The notes under the pieces: generated by a model | What the model was told of the DNA's origin: nothing | What the model saw: the letters and a program-made list of their open reading frames with translations, nothing else | Database searches by the model: none | Part shown: one piece after another, positions 16,547 through 25,911 of the stretch | Layout of the letters: the number at the start of each line of letters is the position of its first letter | How positions within the stretch are numbered: the stretch's first letter is position 1 | Made by a program: the position numbers and the translations under genes | NCBI GenBank assembly: GCA_016649875.1 | Contig: JAENWW010000003.1 | Location: forward strand, 26,415 to 90,414 | Direction of reading: 5' to 3' | Source: Coriobacteriia bacterium | GTDB lineage: Bacteria > Actinomycetota > Coriobacteriia > WRKU01 > JAENWW01 | DNA length: 64,000 bases

Positions 16547-19322
16547 GAAGCGGCTCGAGCAACTTGCCAAGATAGTCGTGGCTCTCATTATCATTGTTGC
16601 ACTGGTCGTGGGCGCTGCGAGAATATGGACCGATTATCTTTGGTATGAAAGCGTGGGCCAAATCGCAATTTATTGGACACGCCTTTGGTCGCAAGGCACG
16701 ATTTTCACCGTGACGTTCGTTCTCACATTCGGTCTTTTGGTCACCACGATGTTCTCCGCTTTAAAGCGTTCGCTCGGGTGGCATAGGCAAATGTCCGAAG
16801 TTTCGAGTATTCCCGCAGACAAGACGTTTCAAGGTGCGCGCAATGTCCGCAAAGATTTTCGGGTATCGGTAGATGAACTCAGCGATAAGATAAAGCCCTA
16901 TTTCAAAATAATCATTTATATAATCGCTCTGGCTTTCGCCGTAAGCATCGCCGCCAAGATAAGCGCAAGCTGGGAGACTTTCCACCTGGCTTTGACCAAA
17001 ATGAGTTTCGGCATCAAAGACCCGCAGTTCGGTATAGATGTCGGTTTCTATGTGTTCAAGTTACCGGCTATCAGTTTGCTTCTCGGGTGGGCGAGAGGCG
17101 CTCTCATCCTCATGTTCGTTTTGACAGGCTTCGTTTATGTTTTGACCGGAGCCGTCCGTCCCTGGGAGGAACATCAAAAAATAGCCCCGAATGCCAAAGA
17201 ACACCTGTCGGTGCTGCTTGCACTGTTCATGGTTTTCGAGGCGTTTCGCAACATCCAAAAGATTTTGAAGTTGAATCTGTCCTCGCGCGGACAAGTGGTC
17301 GGTCTTTCCTACACCGATGTCCATGCGCAATTTCCCGCGCTCATCGTCATGGTCGGGGTGTGCCTCATCCTTGTAGTATTTTTCTTACTGAACATCAAGA
17401 GGCGCGACTGGAAGTTGCCGGTGCTCAGTGTCATGATTTGGGTTACCGCCACGATTGTGCTCACGGTGGTTTTCCCCTTCGCCGTGCAAAAACTCATCGT
17501 GTCCCCGAATGAGGAGGCACTTGAGGCTCCCTATATCCAACGCAACATCACCATGACGCGTAAGGCATATGCGCTGACCGATATATCTTCGAAGACCTAT
17601 GCCGCCACCGATACGCTGACGCAGGCGGCGGTGGATGCGGATGCCGACACCGTCGACAACATCAAGCTGTGGACATCAACGCTTGCCGCCATGAGCTACG
17701 AGCAATTGCAGGCGATACGACCTTATTACAGTTTGAACGATGTCGACACTGACCGCTATGTGATAAACGGGCGCTTACGACAGGTGCTCATATCGCCTCG
17801 TGAAATGGATGTGACCAAGCTCGCCTCCACCGCGAAGACGTGGGTGAACCAGCATCTCGTCTATACGCACGGATATGGCAGCGTCATGAATATCGGGAGC
17901 GAGTCCGATTCGCGCGGCATGCCGAAGTTCATCTTGGGGGACATTCCTCCCACGGCAAGTGTGGAGGCGACGAATTCGCCCGCGCTCACGGTTTCACAAC
18001 CGAGCATCTATTATGGCGAGGTCGACAGTAACTATGTCGTCGTAAATACCGGTATCAAGGAGTTCGACTACCCGCAAGGCGAAGAAAATGCCACCACTCT
18101 GTATTCTGCGAATACCGGTGCCGAGGTCGGCAACATCTTCAGTCGCACCGCATGGGCGATCCGTCTCGGTTCCGCGCAGATGCTCTTTTCAAATTATGTC
18201 AAATCTGACAGCAAGGTGCTCATTCACCGGAATGTGGTGGATCGCATCAACGCCCTCGCTCCGTGGCTCCAACTGGACAGTGATGTCTATTCGACGATAG
18301 TGAACGGGCGCATCGTCTGGGTCGCAGACGGCTATACGACGTCGAATATGTATCCCTATTCGCAATCGTTGCCGAAGAGCAAAACCAACTACATGCGCGA
18401 TGCAGTTAAAATAACGGTCGATGCTTATACGGGAGAGACGAAGTTCTACATTTTCGACAAAACCGATCCCATCATCAAGGCGTGGAGCGAAATCTATCCG
18501 AGCCTCTTCAAGAGTGCAGACGAAATGCCTTCCGCACTCAAAGCCCATTTGCGTTATCCCGCCGATTTGTTCACGGCTCAGGCTCAGATATATATGACAT
18601 ATCACATGACCGATGTAAACGTGTTCTATAACAAAGAAGACCAATGGCAGATTCCGAGTGCGGCAAATGGGAAAACGCTCGCTCCCACCTACGTTCTCAT
18701 CAAATTGCCCGGCTCGAGCAAAGCCCAGTTCTCTATGATCCAGCCGTATACGCCACGTAGCAGAGAGAACATGATCGGTTGGATGGCGGTTTCGTGCGAG
18801 CCGGAATCGTACGGAAAAAGGACCGTGTTCCTCTTTCCGAAAGAGAGAGTCATTCTCGGTCCGACCCAGATAACGGCTCGCATCAATCAAGATCCGGTCA
18901 TTTCACCGCAGTTCTCTTTGTGGAATCAAGCCGGGAGTCAAGTAATTCTCGGTGATATGGCGATCGTCCCGATGCAAGATTCTATCGTCTACGTCGTGCC
19001 GGTTTTCTTGCAGGCGGCCAAGACGGCGATTCCCGAATTGGCTTCCGTCGTCGTGGTCTATGATGACAGCGTCGCCATGGGCAAGGACTTTAAGACTGCG
19101 CTTGCGGCAACCATGAAGGCCGACTCCTCGTCTGGCGGGGCCTCGACGTCTGCGACGCCCGGTAGTCTCTCGAAAGATACGGAAAACCAATTGGCTGCCC
19201 AAGCTGCGAAACTTTACGAGGAGGCCGCTGCCGCCCAAAAAGCCGGTGAATGGTCGCTTTACGGTGTGAAGACCGAGGCATTGGGCAAAGTTATCGCGCA
19301 GATGACGAAAAGCGCGAAATAG
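16527..19322 (+). CDS. UPF0182-family large polytopic membrane protein
   Basis: 931 aa. The N-terminal membrane region with YLWYESVGQ...YWTRLW is characteristic of actinobacterial UPF0182 proteins. Confidence 0.65.
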   Translation: MTKEKNKKRLEQLAKIVVALIIIVALVVGAARIWTDYLWYESVGQIAIYWTRLWSQGTIFTVTFVLTFGLLVTTMFSALKRSLGWHRQMSEVSSIPADKTFQGARNVRKDFRVSVDELSDKIKPYFKIIIYIIALAFAVSIAAKISASWETFHLALTKMSFGIKDPQFGIDVGFYVFKLPAISLLLGWARGALILMFVLTGFVYVLTGAVRPWEEHQKIAPNAKEHLSVLLALFMVFEAFRNIQKILKLNLSSRGQVVGLSYTDVHAQFPALIVMVGVCLILVVFFLLNIKRRDWKLPVLSVMIWVTATIVLTVVFPFAVQKLIVSPNEEALEAPYIQRNITMTRKAYALTDISSKTYAATDTLTQAAVDADADTVDNIKLWTSTLAAMSYEQLQAIRPYYSLNDVDTDRYVINGRLRQVLISPREMDVTKLASTAKTWVNQHLVYTHGYGSVMNIGSESDSRGMPKFILGDIPPTASVEATNSPALTVSQPSIYYGEVDSNYVVVNTGIKEFDYPQGEENATTLYSANTGAEVGNIFSRTAWAIRLGSAQMLFSNYVKSDSKVLIHRNVVDRINALAPWLQLDSDVYSTIVNGRIVWVADGYTTSNMYPYSQSLPKSKTNYMRDAVKITVDAYTGETKFYIFDKTDPIIKAWSEIYPSLFKSADEMPSALKAHLRYPADLFTAQAQIYMTYHMTDVNVFYNKEDQWQIPSAANGKTLAPTYVLIKLPGSSKAQFSMIQPYTPRSRENMIGWMAVSCEPESYGKRTVFLFPKERVILGPTQITARINQDPVISPQFSLWNQAGSQVILGDMAIVPMQDSIVYVVPVFLQAAKTAIPELASVVVVYDDSVAMGKDFKTALAATMKADSSSGGASTSATPGSLSKDTENQLAAQAAKLYEEAAAAQKAGEWSLYGVKTEALGKVIAQMTKSAK

Positions 19323-19324
19323 AA

Positions 19325-20002
19325 ATGCCCGGCGAATATTCGCGTAAAGGCGCAGCCGCTCTTTTTGTCGTCGCTTCGACGGTTTTGCTGCTGATCGGGC
19401 TTGCAAGTCCGATTCTCTGCCACGCGGGTACGGTTTCTGTTTCTCGGACGGAAGAGGTGCCTTTGTCTCTCGGGCTTTCCGACGATTCCGTCGTAAACCT
19501 TCACCGGGCGGTACCTTCGGAGGACCGGTTCAATCTCGATTCCGTCGCCACCATAGCGTCTAAGCAAAGCGATGTTGCCGTAATCGAAGAACTCACGGTG
19601 CTGACGAGCGAAAAAGAATTCACTGTCGGAAAACAGGAGGCGGAACGAATTTCTTTCGGTGTCTCATCGGGGAAAACGGACAACTCCTCGGAACGAAAAG
19701 CTGCGACGAGCGATTCGACGGTCGGTTGGATTTATTCGGAAGTGTCGTGGTACGGACCGCGTTTTTATGGGAACAGAACCGCTGATGGAACGATTCTTAC
19801 GAGAAGCAGCGTTCTCGTCGCGAGCCGCACTTTACCTTTCGGCACCAAGGTGGAAATCGTGTATAACGGTAAGTCGGTCATCGCCGAGGTCCATGATCGA
19901 GGTCCTTATGTCGTGGGGAGAGATTTAGACATCGGGCCGGGTGCCGCCAAGATTCTCGGTTTCAGCGGTGTGCATGTCGTCAAATACCGGCTCGTTCCGT
20001 AA
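19325..20002 (+). CDS. rlpA: RlpA-like lytic transglycosylase (DPBB domain) with an N-terminal signal/anchor
   Basis: Double-psi beta-barrel motif SWYGPRFYGNRTADGTIL...ASRTLPFGTKVEI...HDRGPY. The ATG at 19325 lies directly after the upstream stop. Confidence 0.7.
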   Translation: MPGEYSRKGAAALFVVASTVLLLIGLASPILCHAGTVSVSRTEEVPLSLGLSDDSVVNLHRAVPSEDRFNLDSVATIASKQSDVAVIEELTVLTSEKEFTVGKQEAERISFGVSSGKTDNSSERKAATSDSTVGWIYSEVSWYGPRFYGNRTADGTILTRSSVLVASRTLPFGTKVEIVYNGKSVIAEVHDRGPYVVGRDLDIGPGAAKILGFSGVHVVKYRLVP

Positions 20003-20003
20003 A

Positions 20004-20435
20004 ATGAGTAATTTATTCGACATAGATCTCGTCGAGTGGAGGCAGCTTTCGGACGGTCGCCGAGTGGCTCTTTTGAAACTGTCCTTTGCCCCAGATGCCC
20101 TGCAGCGCACAGACACATTACCCGGTTTTTCAAAGCGTCTGCTGTCGTTTCTACCGCAGTTGCGCATTCATGCGTGCCATAACGACGCGCACAAATCTTT
20201 TTCCATGGAGCTCGAAAACACCGAGGTGGCACACGTTTTCGAACATGTGGTCGTCGAACTGGTAGCGCAACTCGGGAGGCACCCGCGTTCGGAAATAAGA
20301 GGGAAAACGGCGTGGAATTTCGCCGTTGACGGGCAAGGCGTTTATCGCGTGAGAATTCGAGGATTCGACTCGCGTGGAGAGGCTCGGGAGATAGCTTGTC
20401 GCGCTCGTGGACTTTTGCAAGAAGTCATGTGTTGA
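20004..20435 (+). CDS. Small standalone protein resembling the N-terminal domain of cyanophycin synthetase (CphA_N-like)
   Basis: Recalled similarity to the CphA N-terminus: ...IPGF..RL...LP.L..H.CS...GGF...E.T..AHV.EHV..EL. Here the matching stretch is LPGFSKRLLSFLPQLRIHACH...TEVAHVFEHVVVEL. No database search was run to confirm. Confidence 0.4.
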   Translation: MSNLFDIDLVEWRQLSDGRRVALLKLSFAPDALQRTDTLPGFSKRLLSFLPQLRIHACHNDAHKSFSMELENTEVAHVFEHVVVELVAQLGRHPRSEIRGKTAWNFAVDGQGVYRVRIRGFDSRGEAREIACRARGLLQEVMC

Positions 20436-20498
20436 TTCGCACTTTGGGTATACTATAGGTGTACATCAGAAGCTAGTTTAATTGTTTCGATTTCGGAG

Positions 20499-21029
20499 GT
20501 GTTTGCTATGGGGAAGAGCAACGGTATTGGCGCGTTCATACTGGGCGGAGTCATCGGCGCAGGGTTTGGTTTGCTTTTTGCTCCACGTTCAGGCCACGAA
20601 ACGCGTGAATGTCTTACCGACAAGGCGTTGGAGTTTTGGGATCAAGCCGATGAGGTTTACGAGACCGGGCGCGAGCGTGCGACGGATGCTTATTATGCCG
20701 GTCGGGATATGACTACCGAAGCCTATAACACTGGTCGCGAGCGTGCGACCGAGACAGCCGAGCAGGTTCGTGAAAAAATTGACGAGGCGCGTGAGCGTTT
20801 GTTCGATTTGGTCGGCACAAAGGATGAAGTTGCCGGGGATTTGACCGGTGCAAAGGATGAAGTTGCCAAGGATTTGACCGGTGCAAAGGATAAAGTTGCC
20901 AAGGATTTGACCGGTGCAAAGGATAAAGTCGCGGGGGATTTAGCCGATGCAAAGGATAAAGTCGCCGGGGATTTAGCCGATGCAAAGGATAAATTGACGT
21001 CGAGCACTTCGGCCAATCCGACAGCATGA
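20499..21029 (+). CDS. YtxH-domain (DUF948) stress-type protein with a C-terminal 11-aa tandem-repeat tail
   Basis: The N-terminus GAFILGGVIGAGFGLLFAPRSGHETRE is a canonical YtxH motif. The C-terminus carries about 6 copies of DLTGAKDKVAK. Confidence 0.7.
   Translation: MFAMGKSNGIGAFILGGVIGAGFGLLFAPRSGHETRECLTDKALEFWDQADEVYETGRERATDAYYAGRDMTTEAYNTGRERATETAEQVREKIDEARERLFDLVGTKDEVAGDLTGAKDEVAKDLTGAKDKVAKDLTGAKDKVAGDLADAKDKVAGDLADAKDKLTSSTSANPTA
20814..20996 (+). repeat. About 5.5 copies of a 33-bp in-frame tandem repeat encoding (D/E)LTGAKD(K/E)VA(K/G)
   Basis: Directly visible periodic sequence: gcaaaggat(a/g)aagt(t/c)gcc(a/g)aggatttgaccggt... Confidence 0.8.
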
Positions 21030-21191
21030 ACAACTGAATCGACATGTATTTAATAGGGCACTTCAAGGTGATGCCCGTTAAGTGACAAAATGGAATCGGC
21101 CTCGCATTAAACGGGGTCGATTTTGTACTAGGAGAATAGACACTCATCATGCGGCGTTCGTGCGCTCGGCACGTAAAAAGGAGAAACTACG

Positions 21192-21971
21192 ATGGCCACC
21201 GTATCGTTGCGGCAGATATACCGCTGTCAAGTCGTCGATCAGAATCGCGAGGTCATCGGCACTGTAGATGATGTGCTGTTCCATCCGCGAGATCCTCTTG
21301 CCGTCGGGTTTTCGGTAAAACCCTTCCGAGTAGGCGGAGTCGTGCCTCTCCCGAAGAGATATCTTTCATTTCATCGCTCTGCGTTTGATTCCGACGGCCG
21401 GCTCGAAGTCGTTCTCGACGAAGATATCACCGATGAGAAGAAAGCGACGAAAGAGGCAAACGCCGCATGGGGGACGAAAGCGGAGCGGGAACTCGGTTTT
21501 TTGTGGGACGATACGATTATTTATTACGGGCAAGCGGTGTTCATCGAGTCGGGAGCACATCTCGGCAAGGTGAGTGATGCTCGTTTCGATATCGAGTCGG
21601 GTACGATTAACGGAATTCAGGTGACTGCGGGCACTGCTGCCGACGCCGCCTTGGGCAAACGGACGATTCCGGGCAAAAGCGTTCTCGGATTTAGCCTCGA
21701 ACATTACGGCATACTCGTTGATGACTCGGCGGCAGAGATCCCCTTCGAGGGAGGAGTTGCCGAATCTGCGGGGAAAGCTACGGCAGTTGCGACCGATGCG
21801 GCTCAAAAAGTCACTGAAACCGCCGTCAAGGGGATTGCGAAGGCGACGGTGTACACCGAGCGCGCCGTTCAACAAGCAGCAAATTCGCCTGCCGGGAAAA
21901 AGGCACGAGGGTGGTTGAGCAGTTTTGCTGAAAATGTCAAAGAGGCGATGAAAGATGAGGAGAATGGGTAA
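21192..21971 (+). CDS. PRC-barrel domain protein (two PRC barrels plus a C-terminal coiled/Ala-rich tail)
   Basis: PRC-barrel hallmarks are present (VVDQNREVIGTVDDVLFHP and GQAVFIESGAHLGKVSDARFDIESGTINGIQV). Confidence 0.6.
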   Translation: MATVSLRQIYRCQVVDQNREVIGTVDDVLFHPRDPLAVGFSVKPFRVGGVVPLPKRYLSFHRSAFDSDGRLEVVLDEDITDEKKATKEANAAWGTKAERELGFLWDDTIIYYGQAVFIESGAHLGKVSDARFDIESGTINGIQVTAGTAADAALGKRTIPGKSVLGFSLEHYGILVDDSAAEIPFEGGVAESAGKATAVATDAAQKVTETAVKGIAKATVYTERAVQQAANSPAGKKARGWLSSFAENVKEAMKDEENG

Positions 21972-23097
21972 GACGTATTACTGGGTGTTCGTCGCTTTGG
22001 CAGTGATGGCCATTGCGGCAGCAATCTATTTCAGCGGTGCCGAAAAGACGGTGCTTTCGTCGAGTTGCATCGTGACCTATCAAGGAACGAAGCAAAAAGC
22101 AACCACACGAACCACCGTCGACGAATTTGTAAAGAAAGTCGGCAACCCGACGGCGCTGCCGGGTAACCTTCTCGGTCTCGACGAATCGGTTATCGAGACC
22201 GGTACGGGAGACCCCCTTTTGTATGCGATCGATGATGCAATCGTTCCGGGATCGACTTACTTGAGGAACGGCGATGTCGTCTCGACCGTGAATGGAGCGA
22301 GTCGCAAAGAACACACCGTCAAAATCATCAAAGAGGGTCGCGTGGGATTCACCCGTATCGGGAACGGACCTGTCGTTTCGGTGGCGTCAGCCGGAAGGGA
22401 TCCGATCGTGACGACCGTTAAGGGTGAGAAGAGCGGTATCGTCGTGTCGAAGAAAGAAACGCTGATCGGCATTAAGCCGGAGGTTTTATACCGAGAATAT
22501 CGAAACGACAAAAATAAGGTCGTCGCATTGACCTTCGACGATGGTCCGAACCCGGGTGAGACAGGGAAAATCTTGGCTATTCTGAAGAAAGAGAATGCGA
22601 AAGCGACCTTTTTCATGATCGGAACGAATGTCGAGAAATATCCTGTGCTTGCAAAAAAAGTGAGTGACTCGGGAAACCAGGTGGCGCTTCACTCATACCA
22701 CCACGTTTCACTGACCACAAAATCCTTTGCAACCATCAAAAATGAAATTTTGAAAGGGAAAGCCGTCATCCTCAAAGCAACAGGAAAAGTCCCGACTTGG
22801 ATGCGACCGCCCTATGGGGCTGTGGACGGGACGGTCTATGATGCAATTAAAAATGCGAATTTGGGTGTCGCATTTTGGAACGTCGACACCATCGACTGGC
22901 GGAGGCCGGGCAAGCAAAGAATCATCAATCGGGCCGTGTTCGGCATGAGCCCGGGTGTGGTTATTTTGATGCATGACGGCGCTGGGAACAGGTCGCAAAC
23001 GGTCAAAGCTCTTCCGGGCATCATCGGTGAGTATCGGGATGCCGGCTATCGATTCGTTACCATCGAAGAATACTTTGAACTATTAAGTAATAAGTAA
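21955..23097 (+). CDS. Polysaccharide deacetylase (NodB homology domain), membrane-anchored
   Basis: N-terminal transmembrane segment. NodB motifs: TFDDGP, HSYHH and the Zn-binding Asp/His residues. Confidence 0.75.
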   Translation: MRRMGKTYYWVFVALAVMAIAAAIYFSGAEKTVLSSSCIVTYQGTKQKATTRTTVDEFVKKVGNPTALPGNLLGLDESVIETGTGDPLLYAIDDAIVPGSTYLRNGDVVSTVNGASRKEHTVKIIKEGRVGFTRIGNGPVVSVASAGRDPIVTTVKGEKSGIVVSKKETLIGIKPEVLYREYRNDKNKVVALTFDDGPNPGETGKILAILKKENAKATFFMIGTNVEKYPVLAKKVSDSGNQVALHSYHHVSLTTKSFATIKNEILKGKAVILKATGKVPTWMRPPYGAVDGTVYDAIKNANLGVAFWNVDTIDWRRPGKQRIINRAVFGMSPGVVILMHDGAGNRSQTVKALPGIIGEYRDAGYRFVTIEEYFELLSNK

Positions 23098-23147
23098 AAA
23101 GGGTATACTTGGACTTCCATCGGAAAAAACCGGTCTGGAGGACCTTC

Positions 23148-24131
23148 ATGAAAACACGTGTGACAGAACTGTTGAGAATAGATACTCCCATTATCCAAGG
23201 AGCCATGGCGTGGGTTGCCAATGCAAGTCTGGCCGGCGCGGTAAGCGCAGCAGGCGGTCTCGGTATCATCGCCGCCGGTGCTGCCCCTTTGGATTGGATC
23301 GAGGAGCAAGTCAAGATCGCGCGCACGATGACGACTAATCCCATCGGTGTCAACGTCATGCTGATGAATCCGCAATCCCCCGAAATAGCCCTTTTGCTGG
23401 CCGAGCTCAGAGTCGATGTGATCACCACCGGAGCCGGCAATCCCTCGCCCTATATCGACGCGTGGAAAGAGGCCGGCTGCAGAGTCGTCCCCGTCGTTCC
23501 GTCGAGTGCTCTCGCCGCCCGGATGGAGCGATCCGGAGCCGATGCCGTCATCGCCGAAGGTTCGGAGGCCGGCGGGCACATCGGTGAGCTCACCACCATG
23601 GCGCTCATCCCCCAAGTATGCGACACCGTTTCAATTCCCGTCATCGCTGCCGGCGGCATTGCGGACGGACGTGGTATGGTCGCGGCATTTGCTCTCGGCG
23701 CCGAAGCTGTGCAAATAGGCACGCGCTTCCTCACGATCGATGAATGCACAATCGCCGATGCCTATAAACAGAAAGTCATTTCCGCAAAAGACTCGGATAC
23801 GATAGTAACTGGTCGTGCGAGTGGTCATCCGGTTCGCGGATTGAAGAATGCCTTCTCACGTAACGTCCGTCGTATGGAGGCGGACCCATCGGTCGGTGCC
23901 GATGAGCTCGAAGAGTATTTTGCCGGCTCGCTGCGTCGGGCCGTTCAAGGCGATGCCGACAACGGCTCTTTGATGGCCGGGCAAGTGGCCTGCCTCGTTC
24001 ATGAGCGCAAGACGGCACGCGAGGTTATCGTCGACTTGATGGTCGAGGCCGAAGCGCTCGGTGCGCGAGACCTTTTGCAGATGGCGTCGTGTAATGCGAC
24101 CCGCATTCGAGCCGGCGTGGGCGAAGAGTAG
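23148..24131 (+). CDS. fabK: Enoyl-ACP reductase II (FabK; nitronate monooxygenase / FMN TIM-barrel family)
   Basis: FabK N-terminus LLRIDTPIIQGAMAWVANASLAGAVSAAGGLGII. It lies in a FASII operon context. Confidence 0.8.
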   Translation: MKTRVTELLRIDTPIIQGAMAWVANASLAGAVSAAGGLGIIAAGAAPLDWIEEQVKIARTMTTNPIGVNVMLMNPQSPEIALLLAELRVDVITTGAGNPSPYIDAWKEAGCRVVPVVPSSALAARMERSGADAVIAEGSEAGGHIGELTTMALIPQVCDTVSIPVIAAGGIADGRGMVAAFALGAEAVQIGTRFLTIDECTIADAYKQKVISAKDSDTIVTGRASGHPVRGLKNAFSRNVRRMEADPSVGADELEEYFAGSLRRAVQGDADNGSLMAGQVACLVHERKTAREVIVDLMVEAEALGARDLLQMASCNATRIRAGVGEE

Positions 24132-24136
24132 GCGGC

Positions 24137-25108
24137 ATGATGAGTGATGCGAACAGAGGCGCGGCATTGCGTATCGCTCCCGATCGACCGGTATATCTCT
24201 TTTCCGGTCAAGGGGCGCAGCGGCCCGGCATGGGTGCCGACTTAGGGGATATTCCCGAAATCGCCGAGGCCTTTTCGTGCGCCTCGGATGTTTTCGGAAT
24301 GGATCTCAAAAAACTCATAGAAGAAGGCTCGCAAGAAGAGCTCGACAAAACCCGAAACGTGCAAGCGGTTCTCGTCGCACTTTCCTTAGGGATTGCTCGT
24401 GGGCTGAGTGCGCGGGGAGTTAAACCTTCTGCCGTCTTGGGATTTTCTCTGGGGCAGATAAGTGCTCTGGCGATTACCGAGATGCTCGGTGTCGAAGAAA
24501 CCTTCGAACTCGCCGAGACTCGTGCGGCACTGATGGAGCAAGCTGCTGAAAATCACCCGGGCGCCATGTGCGCTCTGCTCGGTGCCGATGAAGTATCGGT
24601 GAGCAATCTCTGTGAGAGTTGCGCGCAGGGCGAGGTTCTCGTGGCGGCGAATTTCAACTGTCCGGGGCAAATCGTGATCTCCGGTTCGAAACCGGCGATT
24701 GCCCGTGCACAGGAGGAATGGACCGCCCAAAAGAAGCGTTCCTCTCTGTTGGCCACGAGCGGCGCTTTCCACAGTCCGCTCATGCAAGAGGCTGCAGACG
24801 ATTTCGCGCGCTATCTCAGCACGGTGGAATTTTCTCAGCCCGTCGTTCCGCTCATTTGCAATGTCGATGCACAGCCTTTGCGCGCGGAGTTTGCGGCACA
24901 ACATTTGGCGCAGCACCTGATACGGCCCGTTTTGTTCGAGCAAAGCGTGTCTTCGTTGCGAGAGGCGGGAGCGGAAACATTCGCCGAAATCGGTTTCGGC
25001 GGAGTTCTGACCGGACTGGTGAAGAGAATCGATAGAAGTACCGTTCGCACAACGATTGAAAATAGGACGAGCTTCGACTCGTTTCTCGCGGGACAGGGAG
25101 ATGCATGA
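24137..25108 (+). CDS. fabD: Malonyl-CoA:ACP transacylase
   Basis: GQGAQ...GFSLGQ active-site serine motif. Confidence 0.85.
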   Translation: MMSDANRGAALRIAPDRPVYLFSGQGAQRPGMGADLGDIPEIAEAFSCASDVFGMDLKKLIEEGSQEELDKTRNVQAVLVALSLGIARGLSARGVKPSAVLGFSLGQISALAITEMLGVEETFELAETRAALMEQAAENHPGAMCALLGADEVSVSNLCESCAQGEVLVAANFNCPGQIVISGSKPAIARAQEEWTAQKKRSSLLATSGAFHSPLMQEAADDFARYLSTVEFSQPVVPLICNVDAQPLRAEFAAQHLAQHLIRPVLFEQSVSSLREAGAETFAEIGFGGVLTGLVKRIDRSTVRTTIENRTSFDSFLAGQGDA

Positions 25109-25911
25109 TGGATCAAACGATACAGGGAGATAGCCAGGGAGATAGCGACATCCGAGGCAGCCGCGATTTCGACGGGCGTAGCGCGGTGGTGACAGGATCG
25201 AGTCGCGGAATCGGGCGCGCCGTTGCCGTTGCTCTCGCACGACGGGGATGCAATGTATGTGTGAACTTTGCCTCCTCTTCCAGCGAGAAGGCGGCGCATG
25301 AAACGGCGGACTACCTTGCAGAGACCTTTGGGGTGGATACGATTGTGGTACGTGCCGATGTTGCCGACTCCGTTGAGGTAAGGGACATGATCGAGGCGGC
25401 CCGTGAGGCATTCGGCAGTGTCGACATTTTAGTGAACAATGCCGGAATCACACGTGACGGATTGCTCGTCCGAATGAAAGAGGAAGATTTCGACACGGTT
25501 ATCGATGTGAATCTCAAAGGTACGTTCAACTGCTGCAAAGCGGCGGCGTCGGTGATGATGAAACAGCGTTACGGTCGCATCGTCAACATGGGCAGCATCG
25601 TCGGCGTCGCGGGCAATGCGGGGCAGGCGAACTATGCCGCATCGAAAGCGGGCATCATCGGGTTTTCAAAATCACTGGCGCGCGAACTGGCTGCGCGAAA
25701 CATCACCGTGAACGTCGTCGCGCCCGGTTTCATCGAGACGGATATGACCGGTGCCCTCAGTGAAACGCAACAGGCGTCGATCAGCGAACGCATCGCCGCA
25801 AAACGCTTCGGAAAGCCGGAGGAGGTCGCCGAACTCGTATGTTTTTTGGCGGGGGAGAATGCCGGTTATATCACCGGCCAAGTCGTCGGTATAGATGGAG
25901 GAATGAACTAA
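25105..25911 (+). CDS. fabG: 3-oxoacyl-ACP reductase
   Basis: SDR fold with TGSSRGIGRA, NNAG and YxxxK motifs. Confidence 0.85.
   Translation: MMDQTIQGDSQGDSDIRGSRDFDGRSAVVTGSSRGIGRAVAVALARRGCNVCVNFASSSSEKAAHETADYLAETFGVDTIVVRADVADSVEVRDMIEAAREAFGSVDILVNNAGITRDGLLVRMKEEDFDTVIDVNLKGTFNCCKAAASVMMKQRYGRIVNMGSIVGVAGNAGQANYAASKAGIIGFSKSLARELAARNITVNVVAPGFIETDMTGALSETQQASISERIAAKRFGKPEEVAELVCFLAGENAGYITGQVVGIDGGMN

Noticed and set aside
20713-21150. 145-aa minus-strand ORF with PLHRSNPW repeats
   Set aside because: It is the antisense reading of the 33-bp tandem repeat in the YtxH gene. The repeat periodicity creates an open frame on both strands.
21030-21191. Hairpin CCCGTTAAG...TTAAACGGG after the YtxH gene, considered as a terminator
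   Set aside because: The stem is imperfect and the loop is about 30 nt. It is too weak to call.
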